DNA from: Eledone cirrhosa
Taxonomy: Eukaryota
Length of the DNA stretch: 64,000 bases
Direction: 5' to 3'
Assembly (NCBI GenBank): GCA_964016885.1
Contig: OZ024745.1
Location: 131,502,001 to 131,566,000, forward strand
Shown here: piece by piece, positions 38,997-56,331 of the stretch
How the letters are laid out: every line of letters begins with the position of its first letter
Numbering within the stretch: the stretch's first letter is position 1
Notes under the pieces: model-generated
The model's database searches: none
What the model saw: only the letters and a program-made list of their open reading frames with translations
Told to the model about the DNA's origin: nothing
Made by a program: the position numbers and the translations under genes

Positions 38997-39350
38997 ACAC
39001 AGATTAGCTCTGACTATGCAAATCTACAACAGAAAGCATTTTAACCCAACTACCCCATCCTTTTCTTTTTCCTTAGACTTGAGACTACATTATCTAAGGT
39101 GCCCTTTTATTTTCTGACGGCAGAATGTGGTTTGAGGAAGACTTGACTGCTATTTTGGTTAGGTCAAGTATCAAAATAGAAGCTCCCTCATTGGGTTGAG
39201 TTAATATCATTTGTTTGAAATGATATTATTTTAATAGAAAATTTCCACCCACTGACATGAAATCTCATATAAAGTCGAATTTGTTCTGATTATTATCATT
39301 ATTATTATTTCATTTTTCTTATAAAAGCACATAAATAAACCTATTGGGCA

Positions 39351-39548
39351 CTCTCTGATAGGTTTGTAGCAGGGGAGACTTCCGGAGTTATTGGCCCCCA
39401 GACCACATCTCTACTCACTGCTATCAGAGTGGAGTTGGTTACCCACGAATGTGAGCTACGTAAGGTGGAGTGTCTGTTCCAGCACATCTCACTTGCCATC
39501 CTCAAGGGCAATGTCTTCTCCATCCAGTCAGCCAGGACTGGCCCATAA
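39351..39548 (+). pseudogene. CRE-like non-LTR retrotransposon 3' fragment (restriction-like endonuclease C-terminus)
   Basis: Reads LSDRFVAGETSGVIGPQTTSLLTAIRVELVTHECELRKVECLFQHISLAILKGNVFSIQSARTGP*, resembling the CRE-clade AVETLG.WGP...LFQRLSIAIQRGNA.SI motif. Confidence 0.7.
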
Positions 39549-39587
39549 ATTAAATTTTTGGTGGTAACACGTAGAATAGATATAACA

Positions 39588-39711
39588 CCTAGGTTAGCTT
39601 TGCTTTTCATCCTTACAGGGTCGAAGACATAAAGCACCAGTAACATACTGGGGTCGAATTGACTTTCCTCTCCACAAAATTGCTGGCCTTGTGCCTAAAT
39701 CAGAAACCATT
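39588..39711 (+). mobile_element. 5'-truncated tRNA-derived SINE
   Basis: Core TTTCATCCTTACAGGGTCGA...ACCAGTAA and tail GCTGGCCTTGTGCC. Confidence 0.8.
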
Positions 39712-40569
39712 ATATTATATAGACTCTTGATAGTTCATTCAACACTTTAAACTGACAATCAAACAGGCCAAATAATCTATTAATAATGTAAATGGATTAT
39801 GATGTTTTGCTGAAAACTGAATAAGATGCCCAAATAATATATTCTAAATCTACCTGTGTCCATATCCTAGCACAAATATCTATTGCTGCTCCCCAGTTGA
39901 CATTGTTCTCATGTCACACTTCTCAGTACAATCTCAACTAGAAACTCATATATTGCTATAATAATAATAAATTACTAATTTGTTTTCTTCAGAAGAAATA
40001 TTTTCTTAAGACAATGACTATGTTAAGAACAGGCTGCACTGTCGATCTATATACAACCACATCTCCAAACTACACACCAGTTAACAAGAACAATATCAAA
40101 TTCTGCGTAGCTTGTTTGTATTCTTCCATTTATCTCCATTGTATAGCTGTTTTAGATGGGGACAAACCAAATAACAGTCACTAATAATTACAAGGACTTT
40201 AGCTGTTACAAACAGTAAAATTACACACGGGATCTCACCTGAAATAAAAGGGACCAATTATACTTACCAGAGACATAAATAATAAGATATAAGAATCCTC
40301 AAACATTCAAATAAAATGTTCTGTGTATTGGATATATTGTTTGATGCTGCTGTTGATACAAAACATGGATACATAAAGATTTGTTGAAGAGTTATGAAAT
40401 ATCAAAGTAATTTTATTACTGGGTTTATCATAGTCTAAGAGATGTCTTGGTATTGCAGTCTAAGAGATGTCTTGGTATTGCTTAGCTAGATAAAAATAAT
40501 TGCTTTATATATTTGTTAAAAATATTGAATTGTTATTTGAAATACTCTGAAACTATTGATAATTATGTA

Positions 40570-45635
<5,066 letters not shown>

Positions 45636-45636
45636 T

Positions 45637-45871
45637 CCAAGATGGCTGACTGAACACGCACGTGTGGGTTTTTTCTTATTTACCTCCATGCCTTCCTCTC
45701 ATCACTCTTTGCTTTCTGTTTATCTTCTATTTCAAACTCTATCTTCTGATGAAGGACTAGTGTTTGAAACGTTAAGACTCACTTCTTGCTATTCCAAGCG
45801 TTAAACTAATATATTTCTTTTATTTACTGTGCTGTTTGTCTTGTCATTTTTGTTATTTCTGTTTACCTTTT

Positions 45872-45872
<1 letters not shown>
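45637..45872 (+). mobile_element. Short element carrying a minimal hammerhead motif (family shared with 58853-59092)
   Basis: TCTT-CTGATGA-A-GGAC TAGT GTTT-GAAA-CG-TT-AAGA at 45742-45777; flanked by microsatellites on both sides. Confidence 0.65.
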
Positions 45873-45928
<56 letters not shown>

Positions 45929-47638
45929 TACATTAACCGCATTAGAATGTTGATATTCTCTTATGATGCAATAGTTCAAGTAATGTTATACATTTCCAAT
46001 GCATTATATTATAAAAAAATTGTTTTATTCATAATTATTTCAGCTAAATTTGAAATAGTTTTTTTTTTTTCCCATTTTCAGTGTTTATGTTGATAAAAGG
46101 AATTTTGATAACTCTAGCAACAGTAGGCAGTTTACCTGAGTTGTTTTATTTATGTAAATTGTAATTTTAAGGAGACAGCATTATGTATAAAGAAGAAAAA
46201 AAAGAAAAAGAAATTGAGAGGAATTTCTCAAATTTTCGAGCTAATTCTCAGGGAACCTCTAATATATCGCAGAGTTGGTAAGCAGCTTGTAATTATAGAC
46301 GTAATATGTGTAATGTTAGAATATAATTTTCTAGATTATATTTCCAAAGAAGTTTAACAGTTTGTTAGTTTAAAGACCAAGATGAAAGATTAGGAAAGAA
46401 AACTTGCATTCTGGGTTAACTGTAGAAATGAGATGGGATTGACAAAGAAATGGTTTAAAGAAAACAAAAATAATAGGAAAAAGACAAACGAAATAATAAT
46501 GAAATCAATTTTATAATCACTTTGGAAAATGCATTGCTTTTTCTTTTTTTCTCTTTTTTTTTTAAAGCAACACTTCTTTTCAATAATAACTGTACATCTT
46601 TCTGTATATGAAGGTTGCTATAAAAATAGGAATATCATGTGAAGCAGAAAGATTGATGGCAGATGCGATGTTTGTAAATATGTTGAGTACACAGAATATG
46701 TCAAGGTTAAAGAGAAACAAGACATGAGGAAAACTGGAGCAACAGAGGAAGCATGGAATATTTTTGGAACATTGATGTTGAGGATTAATATTAGTCTGGC
46801 AATAAAGATTGGTTGGTATAAAGAGGCTGTGTATTGAAATACAAGGTAAGTCACAGCAGATGGAGTTAAAAGCAAAAGGATTAGCAAGTTTTCATCAAAT
46901 GCTTTTTCAGAGAGGTCAACCAACAATGAAGAAGAAGAAAGAAAATTTGGTCCATCAAAAGCTCTAAAGATTTCATTTGTCTTGAAGAATTTATTCAGTG
47001 TTACAATTTGTGGAGTTTTGTTGTGGTTCAGAAGTCATTGTACAGGTGAACAGTTTCAGTGAATTTCAAGTTGTACATTGTACAGGTGAACAGTTTCAGT
47101 GAATTTCAAGTTGTACATGGAAGGAGCAAAAGTCCTTCCGAAAAAAAAAAAATTTTTTTCGACTCTTATTTATTTCATTTGCCTTGATTTGAACAGGAAA
47201 ATAGAAAAACCTAAGCTACAAGGTAGAAATTTCTTACATATGTCAGCTCTACATGGTTGACTGGTTAAGCAGATGTAACAAGATTAGTTAGGATGAGAGA
47301 GAGAAGAGAAGGAGTGAGAGAGAGGGACTTCAGGAAACTGGAGGTTTTTTTTTTCCTCAGAAATTATTGATCTCTGCTAACGGAACATGATTTGGAAAAG
47401 AAGCTCAGAAGAGAAATGTTATTTTTCATTTTTTTATATAATGATATAATGAAAGAAAATTTTATATTTTATATAGTAGTTTAATTGAGATGTGACAGAG
47501 AAATATTTCTAGTCTACTACGGAAATAAAATATAGCAAAGAGCTTCTAGACGTATTTTCATTATCAACTATCTTGGTGGACAACAAAAGAAAGGTGAGTA
47601 TTTACAGCAATGAGGTAGTTTTATGACAAAATCAATGA

Positions 47639-47675
<37 letters not shown>

Positions 47676-47680
<5 letters not shown>

Positions 47681-47748
47681 TGGGTCGTCAAGTATGAAAT
47701 TTGTAGAAATTTGTTTTCTACAAATTTTATTCATGACGACCCAATATA
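47676..47748. mobile_element. Tiny palindromic mariner-type MITE
   Basis: TATATTGGGTCGTCA...TGACGACCCAATATA termini plus inner AAATTTGTAGAAA/TTTCTACAAATTT; TA at both ends. Confidence 0.75.
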
Positions 47749-48136
47749 TATATATTATTGTTACTTTTTCTAAAATGGGTGGTTAAAAAAAAAAGGAAAA
47801 GGAATAGAAAGGCAGTCAAATATATATTTTTTTGATTTGTTTTGTTTTTTCCAATGAAAAAAATCTAACAAAAACAAAAAAAAAAGTACAGAAAAAGTTG
47901 TTTTGTAAAATAATGTTTGGCACAGTTCTGTGCTGCAAATATGATACATTCTCATTTGAAAAGGGAGAAAAAAACTCAGTTAAATGACTGCTAGTTGCTA
48001 TCTTAGTAAGGCAACATAAACAGAGAACACTCATCCTCAGGAAGATTGACTGTATTAACATATATTACAATTAAAACAAAATTAAAGTCATTAACAAATG
48101 ATTTGTATACAAAATCGTTATCATGGTGTGTGTGTG

Positions 48137-48178
<42 letters not shown>

Positions 48179-48270
48179 TATATATAAGTGTATAAATATG
48201 CATATACATATATATAAATGTATATATATATATATATATAAATGAATATATATATATATATATATATAAA

Positions 48271-48316
<46 letters not shown>

Positions 48317-48339
48317 ATAAATATATATATACACACACA

Positions 48340-48378
<39 letters not shown>

Positions 48379-48419
48379 GATTGATATTATTGTGTATTGA
48401 TCAAAATGATTCCTGTATT

Positions 48420-48461
<42 letters not shown>

Positions 48462-48462
48462 T

Positions 48463-48531
<69 letters not shown>

Positions 48532-50331
48532 CATATATATATACACACCTACATATATATATATATATACATATATATACAAGCTGTGTTGAAATTACTC
48601 TTTAATTGGTAACACATCTCTGGTATCTTGAGAACAGGCTGGCTACGTCCACAAACTATCCGTGTTGTCTTGGAATTAAATATGAAAGTATTTCTCCAAT
48701 TTTAGTAATTATTTAACAGGTTTATAATCAATGATATGATTGGAAATATTGGCAGGAAGGTTTTGGCTTTCGGTGGTTCTATCTTTTATGACACAACCAT
48801 TTAATTTCTGTCCCTTGTTTCACATTTTATAGAATTAAGCCCAAAACAGAATTATTAAACAATTGTTTTCGTTTGTTTCTTTTATTTTTACTTCAAGTAT
48901 CACAGAAACTCTCACGTTATATATAAATATATACATATATCTATGCATGAATGTATATATATATATATGCATATATAATATAATATATTATATATATATG
49001 CATATATAATATAATATATTATATATATATAAATATATATATTATATAAATATATATATATATATTTATATATATAGATATAATATATGTGTATTTTATA
49101 TATATATAAAAGTATGCATATACAATATAATATATTATATATATATTTTATATATATATAAATGTATGCATATACAATATAATATATTATATATATATTT
49201 TATATATATGCATATATGATTTATTATATGTGTATTTTATATACATATATAATATAATATATATATATATATATGCATTTTTCTCTATATTAGGAAGGAC
49301 AAACCATGTATAGAGAATAACTGGCACCCCACCACCTATGTACCTATAAGTTAGGACACACCCAAATTTAGCTTGCATGGTAGGCAAGCATATTATGACA
49401 GGGTCACCGAAATGATATTAAGGGTTTATGTTGCACAAGTTAGTAAAGAAAATTAAAAAATAAAGAGATAATAAAACGAAGGAAAAAAGAAAGAAACAAA
49501 GAAAATTTGAAAAAAAAAAAAAATTAAATAACAAAGAAAAAGAATAGAAGAAAGTTTGGAAATTCCAAGCAATACTGTTTGGAGACTTCAAAGAATTTTG
49601 AAAAAATAAAGAGAGAACATGTAGCTGGATTTCTTTTTTATTTATTCAAAAAACAATTTTCTTTAAGGCAGATGCATTTGTTGTATTAATAATTTTTTTT
49701 TAATGATAAAATTTCTCAAATTTTGAGAAAAATCATTAGAAATAACAATTTTATTTATTTCTGTGTTTAAAAATAATGTTTGTGTTGAATTAACGGAAAT
49801 TTATAGAAATAGCAACATACTGGTTTTTTTTCTTCCCAATAACTCTAATACAAGTATTTAGTTTGCTAAACACTTAATTCTATGAAATAAGAAACTTTCT
49901 AAGAAACCCTCACAATCTCTGCTCATGTTTACCAGAAATGTCTTCTACTTAGCACATTGATAGGACAGGAGATTTGGCTGGCAAATTGTATCTATTCATT
50001 TGATATAAGTTCTAAATCTATGTTAGAAACCAGATTAAAGAGTTCGGAAACTCTGAAGTATTCCTCACCGTAACACTGATGGTTTATAGCAATTAGTATC
50101 TGGACCGAGTAACTTTCTCTAGATTTCATCAATTATTAGTAATAACACGTCTTATTGCATTCATTATAGAAAGATTATGTTTAAATAAAAATGATCACAT
50201 TTTTTGCCTTGCAAGTTTTATAAAAAATATATATTTATAATTCACAGTGAATATATAAACAATAGTGGAGAAAAAATGGCACAATTTCTGTCTCTCTCTC
50301 TCTCTCACTCTATATATATATATACACTAAC

Positions 50332-50600
50332 CAGGGCCGGATTTAAGGAGGAGGCAAGGGGGCAATTTCCCTGGGCCCCCAGCAACAGGCATAGCAATTT
50401 ATTTGCGCCCTCAGCTGGGCTTTTTAGTTTTAGGATGGTTAGAATTTTTGAATTTAATACCTGCATGTATAACTTTCCAATTCAAATTACTTGCGCCAAG
50501 CTAAATTTGATATGTAAAATTGGGGGTTTGCTGTGAATTCTAATTTTTTGTGTATGAACCTGAAGTGCCCTGGGACCCCTGAGGTCTAAATCCAACCCTA
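50332..50600. mobile_element. MITE with AGGGCCGGATTTA / TAAATCCAACCCT termini
   Basis: Imperfect terminal inverted repeats with GC-rich subterminal GGGCCCC motifs; superfamily uncertain. Confidence 0.6.
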
Positions 50601-50626
50601 ACACACAGATATTTATATATATATAT

Positions 50627-50669
<43 letters not shown>

Positions 50670-50897
50670 CATACAGATATGTATATTTATACATGTATAC
50701 ATATTCCTGTGTTTGTAAGAACAAGGTTTACAGATACCTAATGGGGTGCTCAGTACTTCATAAAATAGTGAACCTTATATTCTTTATTTGGTAATCTTCA
50801 CTCTTAGAGAATCTGTTTACAACTCCAGGTAAAAAGATTCACTTAGAATTGATACAAACTTTACTCTGTAAACTAGTCAACAGTTAAAGAATACTTG

Positions 50898-50941
<44 letters not shown>

Positions 50942-51466
50942 CAGATTCTACCATCAATTCCAAGGGTCTAGGTTTGTTATATATATATGTATATATATCT
51001 ATATGATTATGTCATTTATTTTGTCTGACCTGTTTAGCTTGACTTGTCTTTTGGCTTAGGTGGTCTATAGCTTCTTGACCGCCTTCTCAGTTTGTATGGC
51101 CTTTATAACCTATGTTTATTGTTCTAGTCTATTAGACTATGGAGCGCTTGACAGCATGACTCGGAATTTGCGTTACGCTTTGCTTTTTCTACCCACCGAA
51201 ATGCGATTCTCGCTGAATTTATATTTATATATATATTAATTATATTAGGAAGGGCTTCCAGCTGTAGAAACCAAGCCAGTTCTGTGTGAACAAGACATGG
51301 TCACCTTACCCACCTTGCCTTAACTAGGACAAATTGTCCAACTCATGCTAGCATGGAAAAATGGACGTTAAACAGTGATGATAATGATGAAATATATGTA
51401 TATATATTAATTTCATAATAAATATCCAAAGCTGGTAGAGCAGTGAATCTAAGGGCCAGGTTGTGC

Positions 51467-51657
51467 TATACAGTTATCTATTATACTAACAGATATGGCT
51501 TGCTACAGACATGCATTTTATTGTTTATCAAATTATCACACAAGTTCGGCCATATTGGAATGAAAGAACCATTCAAAATGGCCGCACTGGTGTGATGATT
51601 TGACAAACAATAAAACATGTCTCCGGCTGTATCTGTTAGTATAATAAATAACTATAT
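51467..51657. repeat. Imperfect long inverted repeat, arms about 90 bp (palindromic MITE-like)
   Basis: TATTATACTAACAGATA...GGCCATATTGGAATG pairs with CATTCAAAATGGCC...TATCTGTTAGTATAATA; 7-nt loop. Confidence 0.85.
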
Positions 51658-52162
51658 ATATATATATATGAATCTTTATCATTTCTACAATGAATAGTCA
51701 GTTTTCCCATTAACTGAAGTACTGAATTAACATGAAATGGGTGAGTACATAATTCTCAGGCATTATAGTAAAACAGAGTGTCTGAGGAGGCTACTGAATT
51801 AAAGGTAAAATCCACCTGACAGGATTCTGTGCAGATTCTGTTAACCAAATTTCACTCACAAGGCTTGGGTTCACTTAAGGCTATGGTAAAATACATTTGT
51901 CTAAAATGCCACACATGAGGATCAAACCTGGGACATTGTAATTGTGAAGTGAATTTAACTTTTAAAACATACTATATTTACACATACACACATATATAGT
52001 CTGCAACTAGCTGTTGAAATGGCAAGAGCTCAGCTTATGGGCCCCAACTCTTTCTAATATAGTCACACTCTACTATCCCAAGTATCGAGTACTCTGTTGA
52101 ATAATGGTCTAACTAGTTTAAAACTGGTTCAATCCTGAAATACATACATACATATATATATA

Positions 52163-52445
52163 TAAATGTAAGTATGTATGTATGTATACGTACATACATA
52201 TATGTATACAGGCGTACAGTAGTATGTATATATATACACACATGCACACATATATATATATGCACGTATCGGTTTACCGAACATTTATTATAATGCTCGG
52301 TTTGTTTGTTTGTAAACAATGTATAATAAATGTTCGGTAAACCGATACGTGCATATATATATGTGTGCATGTGTGTATATATATACATACTACTGTACGT
52401 CTGTATACATATATGTATGTACGTATACATACATACTTACATTTA
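52163..52445. repeat. Near-perfect inverted duplication, arms about 125-130 bp
   Basis: 52163-52292 is the reverse complement of 52322-52445 apart from microsatellite length differences and about one substitution; 29-bp spacer. Confidence 0.95.
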
Positions 52446-52496
52446 AGTAACTGCCGTACTAAGAGTGAGAAATAAAATTTCGTTTCATTCTATTCC

Positions 52497-52540
<44 letters not shown>

Positions 52541-52543
<3 letters not shown>

Positions 52544-52755
52544 TAGTTCCACAACAGTTAGTTCACCATACCGAGAACAATTGTTTCACCTTAGTGGATC
52601 ATCAGCTCGGTCAGAATGAAGTTGTACGGAAAAGGAAAAACAACTGTGTCGTTGTTTTTCCTTTGGTGAATAACTGTTGTGGAACTACTTCTAGCAAACT
52701 CGTCCAATGGACTGAGTTCTCTACTACTATGGATATAACACTCCAGTGTTCTACT
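52541..52755 (-). mobile_element. Short structured non-coding element between (TA)n tracts with a hammerhead motif (Penelope-like or retrozyme-like)
   Basis: 27-28-bp IR at 52541-52568 and 52664-52690, 14-bp hairpin at 52631-52664, hammerhead at 52562-52620. Confidence 0.65.
52562..52620 (-). ncRNA. Type I hammerhead-ribozyme motif
   Basis: Minus strand: TTCATT CTG ACCGAG-CTGATGA-TCCACTAAGGT-GAAA-CAATTG-TT-CTCGGT AT GGTGAA. 6-bp stem I plus internal loop and distal stem, palindromic stem III, GUU triplet; stem II is weak. Confidence 0.7.
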
Positions 52756-52757
52756 AT

Positions 52758-52815
<58 letters not shown>

Positions 52816-52863
52816 CACACACATATATACATACATACATATATACATACATATATATATACA

Positions 52864-52917
<54 letters not shown>

Positions 52918-52924
52918 CCTCCCA

Positions 52925-53102
52925 GACCCACACTGTAAATGTGGTTGGTGTTAGGAAGGGCATCCAACTGTAGAAAACCTGCCAGACAGTCCTATGCGAG
53001 CAAGACAATCACTCTTGCCTCAAGTGGGACTACCCCCGTCCAAACCCATGCAAGCGTGGAACACGGACGTTAAACGTTGATGATGATGATGATGATGATG
53101 AT
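52925..53102 (+). mobile_element. SINE 3' part with RTE-like (GAT)n tail
   Basis: GGAAGGGCATCCAACTGTAGAAA...CCCATGCAAGCGTGGAACACGGACGTTAAA(GAT)n; related copies near 337-385 (-), 1850-1990, 51245-51390 and 60405-60550. Confidence 0.75.
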
Positions 53103-53124
53103 ATACACACATACATATATACAC

Positions 53125-53173
<49 letters not shown>

Positions 53174-53214
53174 TACATATACATATACATCTATATATAC
53201 ATACATACCCTCCA

Positions 53215-53704
53215 TCAGACACCTACCATACTCTGAACGCCTTGCTTCCCTGGGCATGGATTCATTGAAGCCCCGATGTCTGGCAATGGACTTGGTAAAC
53301 ACCCACAAAGTTATTAACCATCTCGCCAACAACAACCCTGAGCATCTTTTTGATCTCCACATGTCTAACACACGTGGACATGCCTACAAAGTCAGAAAAC
53401 AGCACAGCTCCCATGACTTTCGTAAACATTTTTTCACGCTTAGAGTTGCTGAAGCATGGAACAAACTGCCTGCATCAGTGGTTAGCTGCCGAGACACTGC
53501 ATCCTTTATAACCCCCATGCTTCCCGAAATTCACCAAAACTACACCTGATGTCCCCCTTCCATACACATGCACACATGTGTATATCATGACTCATGCCCT
53601 GTTCATTTTCTTGATGTTTGTACATTACCCTATATAATATACAAACACTTTTGATGAGTTGTAGTGCACCTGAGCACTGTACACAATATTTCATTATTAT
53701 TATT
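53215..53704 (+). mobile_element. CR1-group LINE 3' end
   Basis: ORF 53256-53549 contains NTRGHAYKV...RKHFFTLRVAEAWNKLPASVV, the typical CR1 ORF2 C-terminus, followed by a 3' UTR and (ATT)n tail. Confidence 0.88.
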
Positions 53705-53962
53705 ATATATATCCCGCCAAGGTTAACTTTGCCTTTCATCCTTAAGTAAGAGATGCTAAAGAATGGAACTGCTGTCACATCTTTTAGAAAAGATTTCCAG
53801 TTTGGAAACAAGAAAACTATTAGAGCATAGAAAGAAGTTATGACAGGTAGCAAACTTTAATAGAAGGACCATTGAAGAGATTTAGTGATTCAGCTTCTCA
53901 GACAGAGAGGGCCTCACTTAAACATGTGTTATGATAATGGTGGTAGTAGTAGTAGTAGTAGT

Positions 53963-54183
53963 AATTGTTTCTGATTTAGACACAAGGCCAACAATTTGGG
54001 GGGAGCTAGGGGAAAGTCAATTAAATCGACCCCAGTGTGTTACTGGTACTTTATTTTATCGACCCCGTATGGATGAAAGGCAAAGCTAAACTCGGTGGGA
54101 TTTGAACACAGACCATAAAGGGCCATAACTCTATGCTGCAAATTATGGTGTCCAATCCTCTACCGATACTGCCAATCCACCAC
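53963..54183 (-). mobile_element. tRNA-derived SINE, full length
   Basis: Same family as 2651-2837; A and B boxes on the minus strand. Confidence 0.9.
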
Positions 54184-54289
54184 ACTTAATAATAATAATA
54201 ATAATTTCTTTATTGGCCACTAATAATAATAAGAATATTAAGTCAATTGTAAACTAATGTTGGGTGTTTGGAATGTGAAATATTAGATG

Positions 54290-54800
54290 TTCATTGCAAT
54301 GTGGTCTGTGGAATGTCAACCGTTATATTCTATAGAGTGTCAGGAAATCAACAAATATAGTATTGGATTCTGAAAGAAAGACTGACGAGAAGCACTTTCA
54401 GGCTTGAAATTATGGACAATTTCCAAAAGCTCTTTGTCTGGCCATGCTACAGAAAGGCTTTGCCTGTTCAGAATAGACACTACAAGCATGGCCATGCTGG
54501 AACTGCCAGCAACCAAAAACTTTGTGAGATGCACCCCCCAACAAACAAACAAAAAAACCCATCAAACATGTACTTGTTCAGAGCCCATGCATTGCTGATT
54601 TGTGGATTTATGTCTCACATGTGTTATCACATATGGAAGGAATCTGGCTCTCAGCTGAGTCAATTGTGAAGACTGCCTTCTGTAGTCTCGTGGTGGCTGT
54701 GGCAAATTGTGTTGTCAAAGCAGTTGAAAGGTTTGATGAGGGAAATAAGAGTAGCAAAATTGGTGTAGCTAAATTTGCCTACTATAACTATGCAGTGCAA
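54290..54800 (-). mobile_element. Highly degenerate LINE ORF2 remnant (tentative)
   Basis: Minus strand HKSTNQQCMG weakly resembles the post-RT YKS.IRP.MEY motif; no intact frame. Confidence 0.3.
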
Positions 54801-55077
54801 GGTTGGGAGGAAGGGACTTCCCTATAGTGTACTATAGTGTACTAGAGTAATCCAGGGTTATGTGTGGGGTGTCTCGTATCAACCTATGTGGTTAGCTACT
54901 CCTCTATTTTAGGGATAAGTTACTGTGGTTGTTCTATTATTGCTATAATTTGTTTTTGCTAATGTTTTTCTGTTAATATTATTACCCTTTAACTCTAAAT
55001 TCTCTACTGTCTTTAGAGTGTTTCAGCCATTGTCGCCAACAAAAAACCTTTATTATTATTATTATCATTATTATAAA

Positions 55078-55268
55078 GGTGGTGGATTGGCAGTATCGGT
55101 AGAGGGTCGGACGCCATGCTTTGATGCATAGAGTTACGGCCCTTGCCATTCTGAGTTCAAATCTCGCCGAGGTTAACTTTGCCTTTCATCCTTACAGGGT
55201 CGATAAAATAAAGTACCAGTAATATGCTGGGATAATTGCTGATCTTGTGCCAAAAAGTAGAAACAATT
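55078..55268 (+). mobile_element. tRNA-derived SINE, full length, plus strand
   Basis: A box TGGCAGTATCGG, B box GAGTTCAAATC, conserved core and (ATT)n tail. Confidence 0.9.
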
Positions 55269-55853
55269 ATTATTATCATTATTATTATTCTGCTCTCTAA
55301 AGTTTTTCTCAAGTCAGGAGACCCTGTCAGGCCAGTGCTTATCTCGGTTTCATGGCATGAAGTGACTTCCCCCTGGACAGTTCATCACAGGGTTAAACCC
55401 CCAGCTATTGCTGCTGGTACCCATTTTCAGTTGAGTATATTGGAACCCAGGAATCGAACCCACGACATTATGATGGTAAGCTCAACACTCTTACCACTAA
55501 GTCACATTCGTCCACATTATTATTGTTACTGCAGAAAATCAATGGTTATAATTTAGGGCAAAAGGTTACTTGCTTAACTTGACCCAAGTACTTGACTAAA
55601 TTCCAAGCTAAAATTAAAATGTGAGACTCTAGAAGACAACAGTATGTTGTACGCTGGTTGAGATGAAACAGAGTGAGAATGGGCTTCTTCTTCGAAAACA
55701 TATAAGAAATTGTATATAAGTGTGTATGTTTACATATATATATATACACATATATACATATATATATATGTATTTATATATGTATTTATATATGTGTTTG
55801 TGTGTGTGTATGTTTATACACACACATACACACATATATATATATATTTATAC

Positions 55854-55884
<31 letters not shown>

Positions 55885-56331
55885 CAAAATATATAATATA
55901 AAATATAAAAATAACACAGACATAAACTGAAACATATTTGTTTTTAAGGGAAGCAAGTAAAATATTATACTAACTCAAATAATAATAATAAACCAAGGTG
56001 TTCCTTTTAAGTCTGAATATAAAATATAAAATGTGGAAGTCTGGGGTGGGAAATCTCTAGTCGTAAAGCAAAACTCTATCTTTTGATAATTTCCTATAAT
56101 TGGGAAGGGTCTAGGTTACAGGGTGCTCTAGTCTTAGAATTAAAAAAGGTGTACTTAAAAGAACAAAATTGATGAAAAAATACTGGGTAGAAAATGGAAT
56201 AATAAACTTTGATTTGAAAGAAACAAAAGAAAGAAAAATATTTAACAAAAGAGAAATAAGTAAAGGTTAGAAATAAATGTATTACCCCATATTTTAAAAT
56301 GTAATTTAATACTCTAGGGAAAGTGGAGTGT

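Noticed and set aside
55078-55170. tRNA gene
   Set aside because: A and B boxes are present, but it is the head of a multi-copy SINE without a proper cloverleaf.
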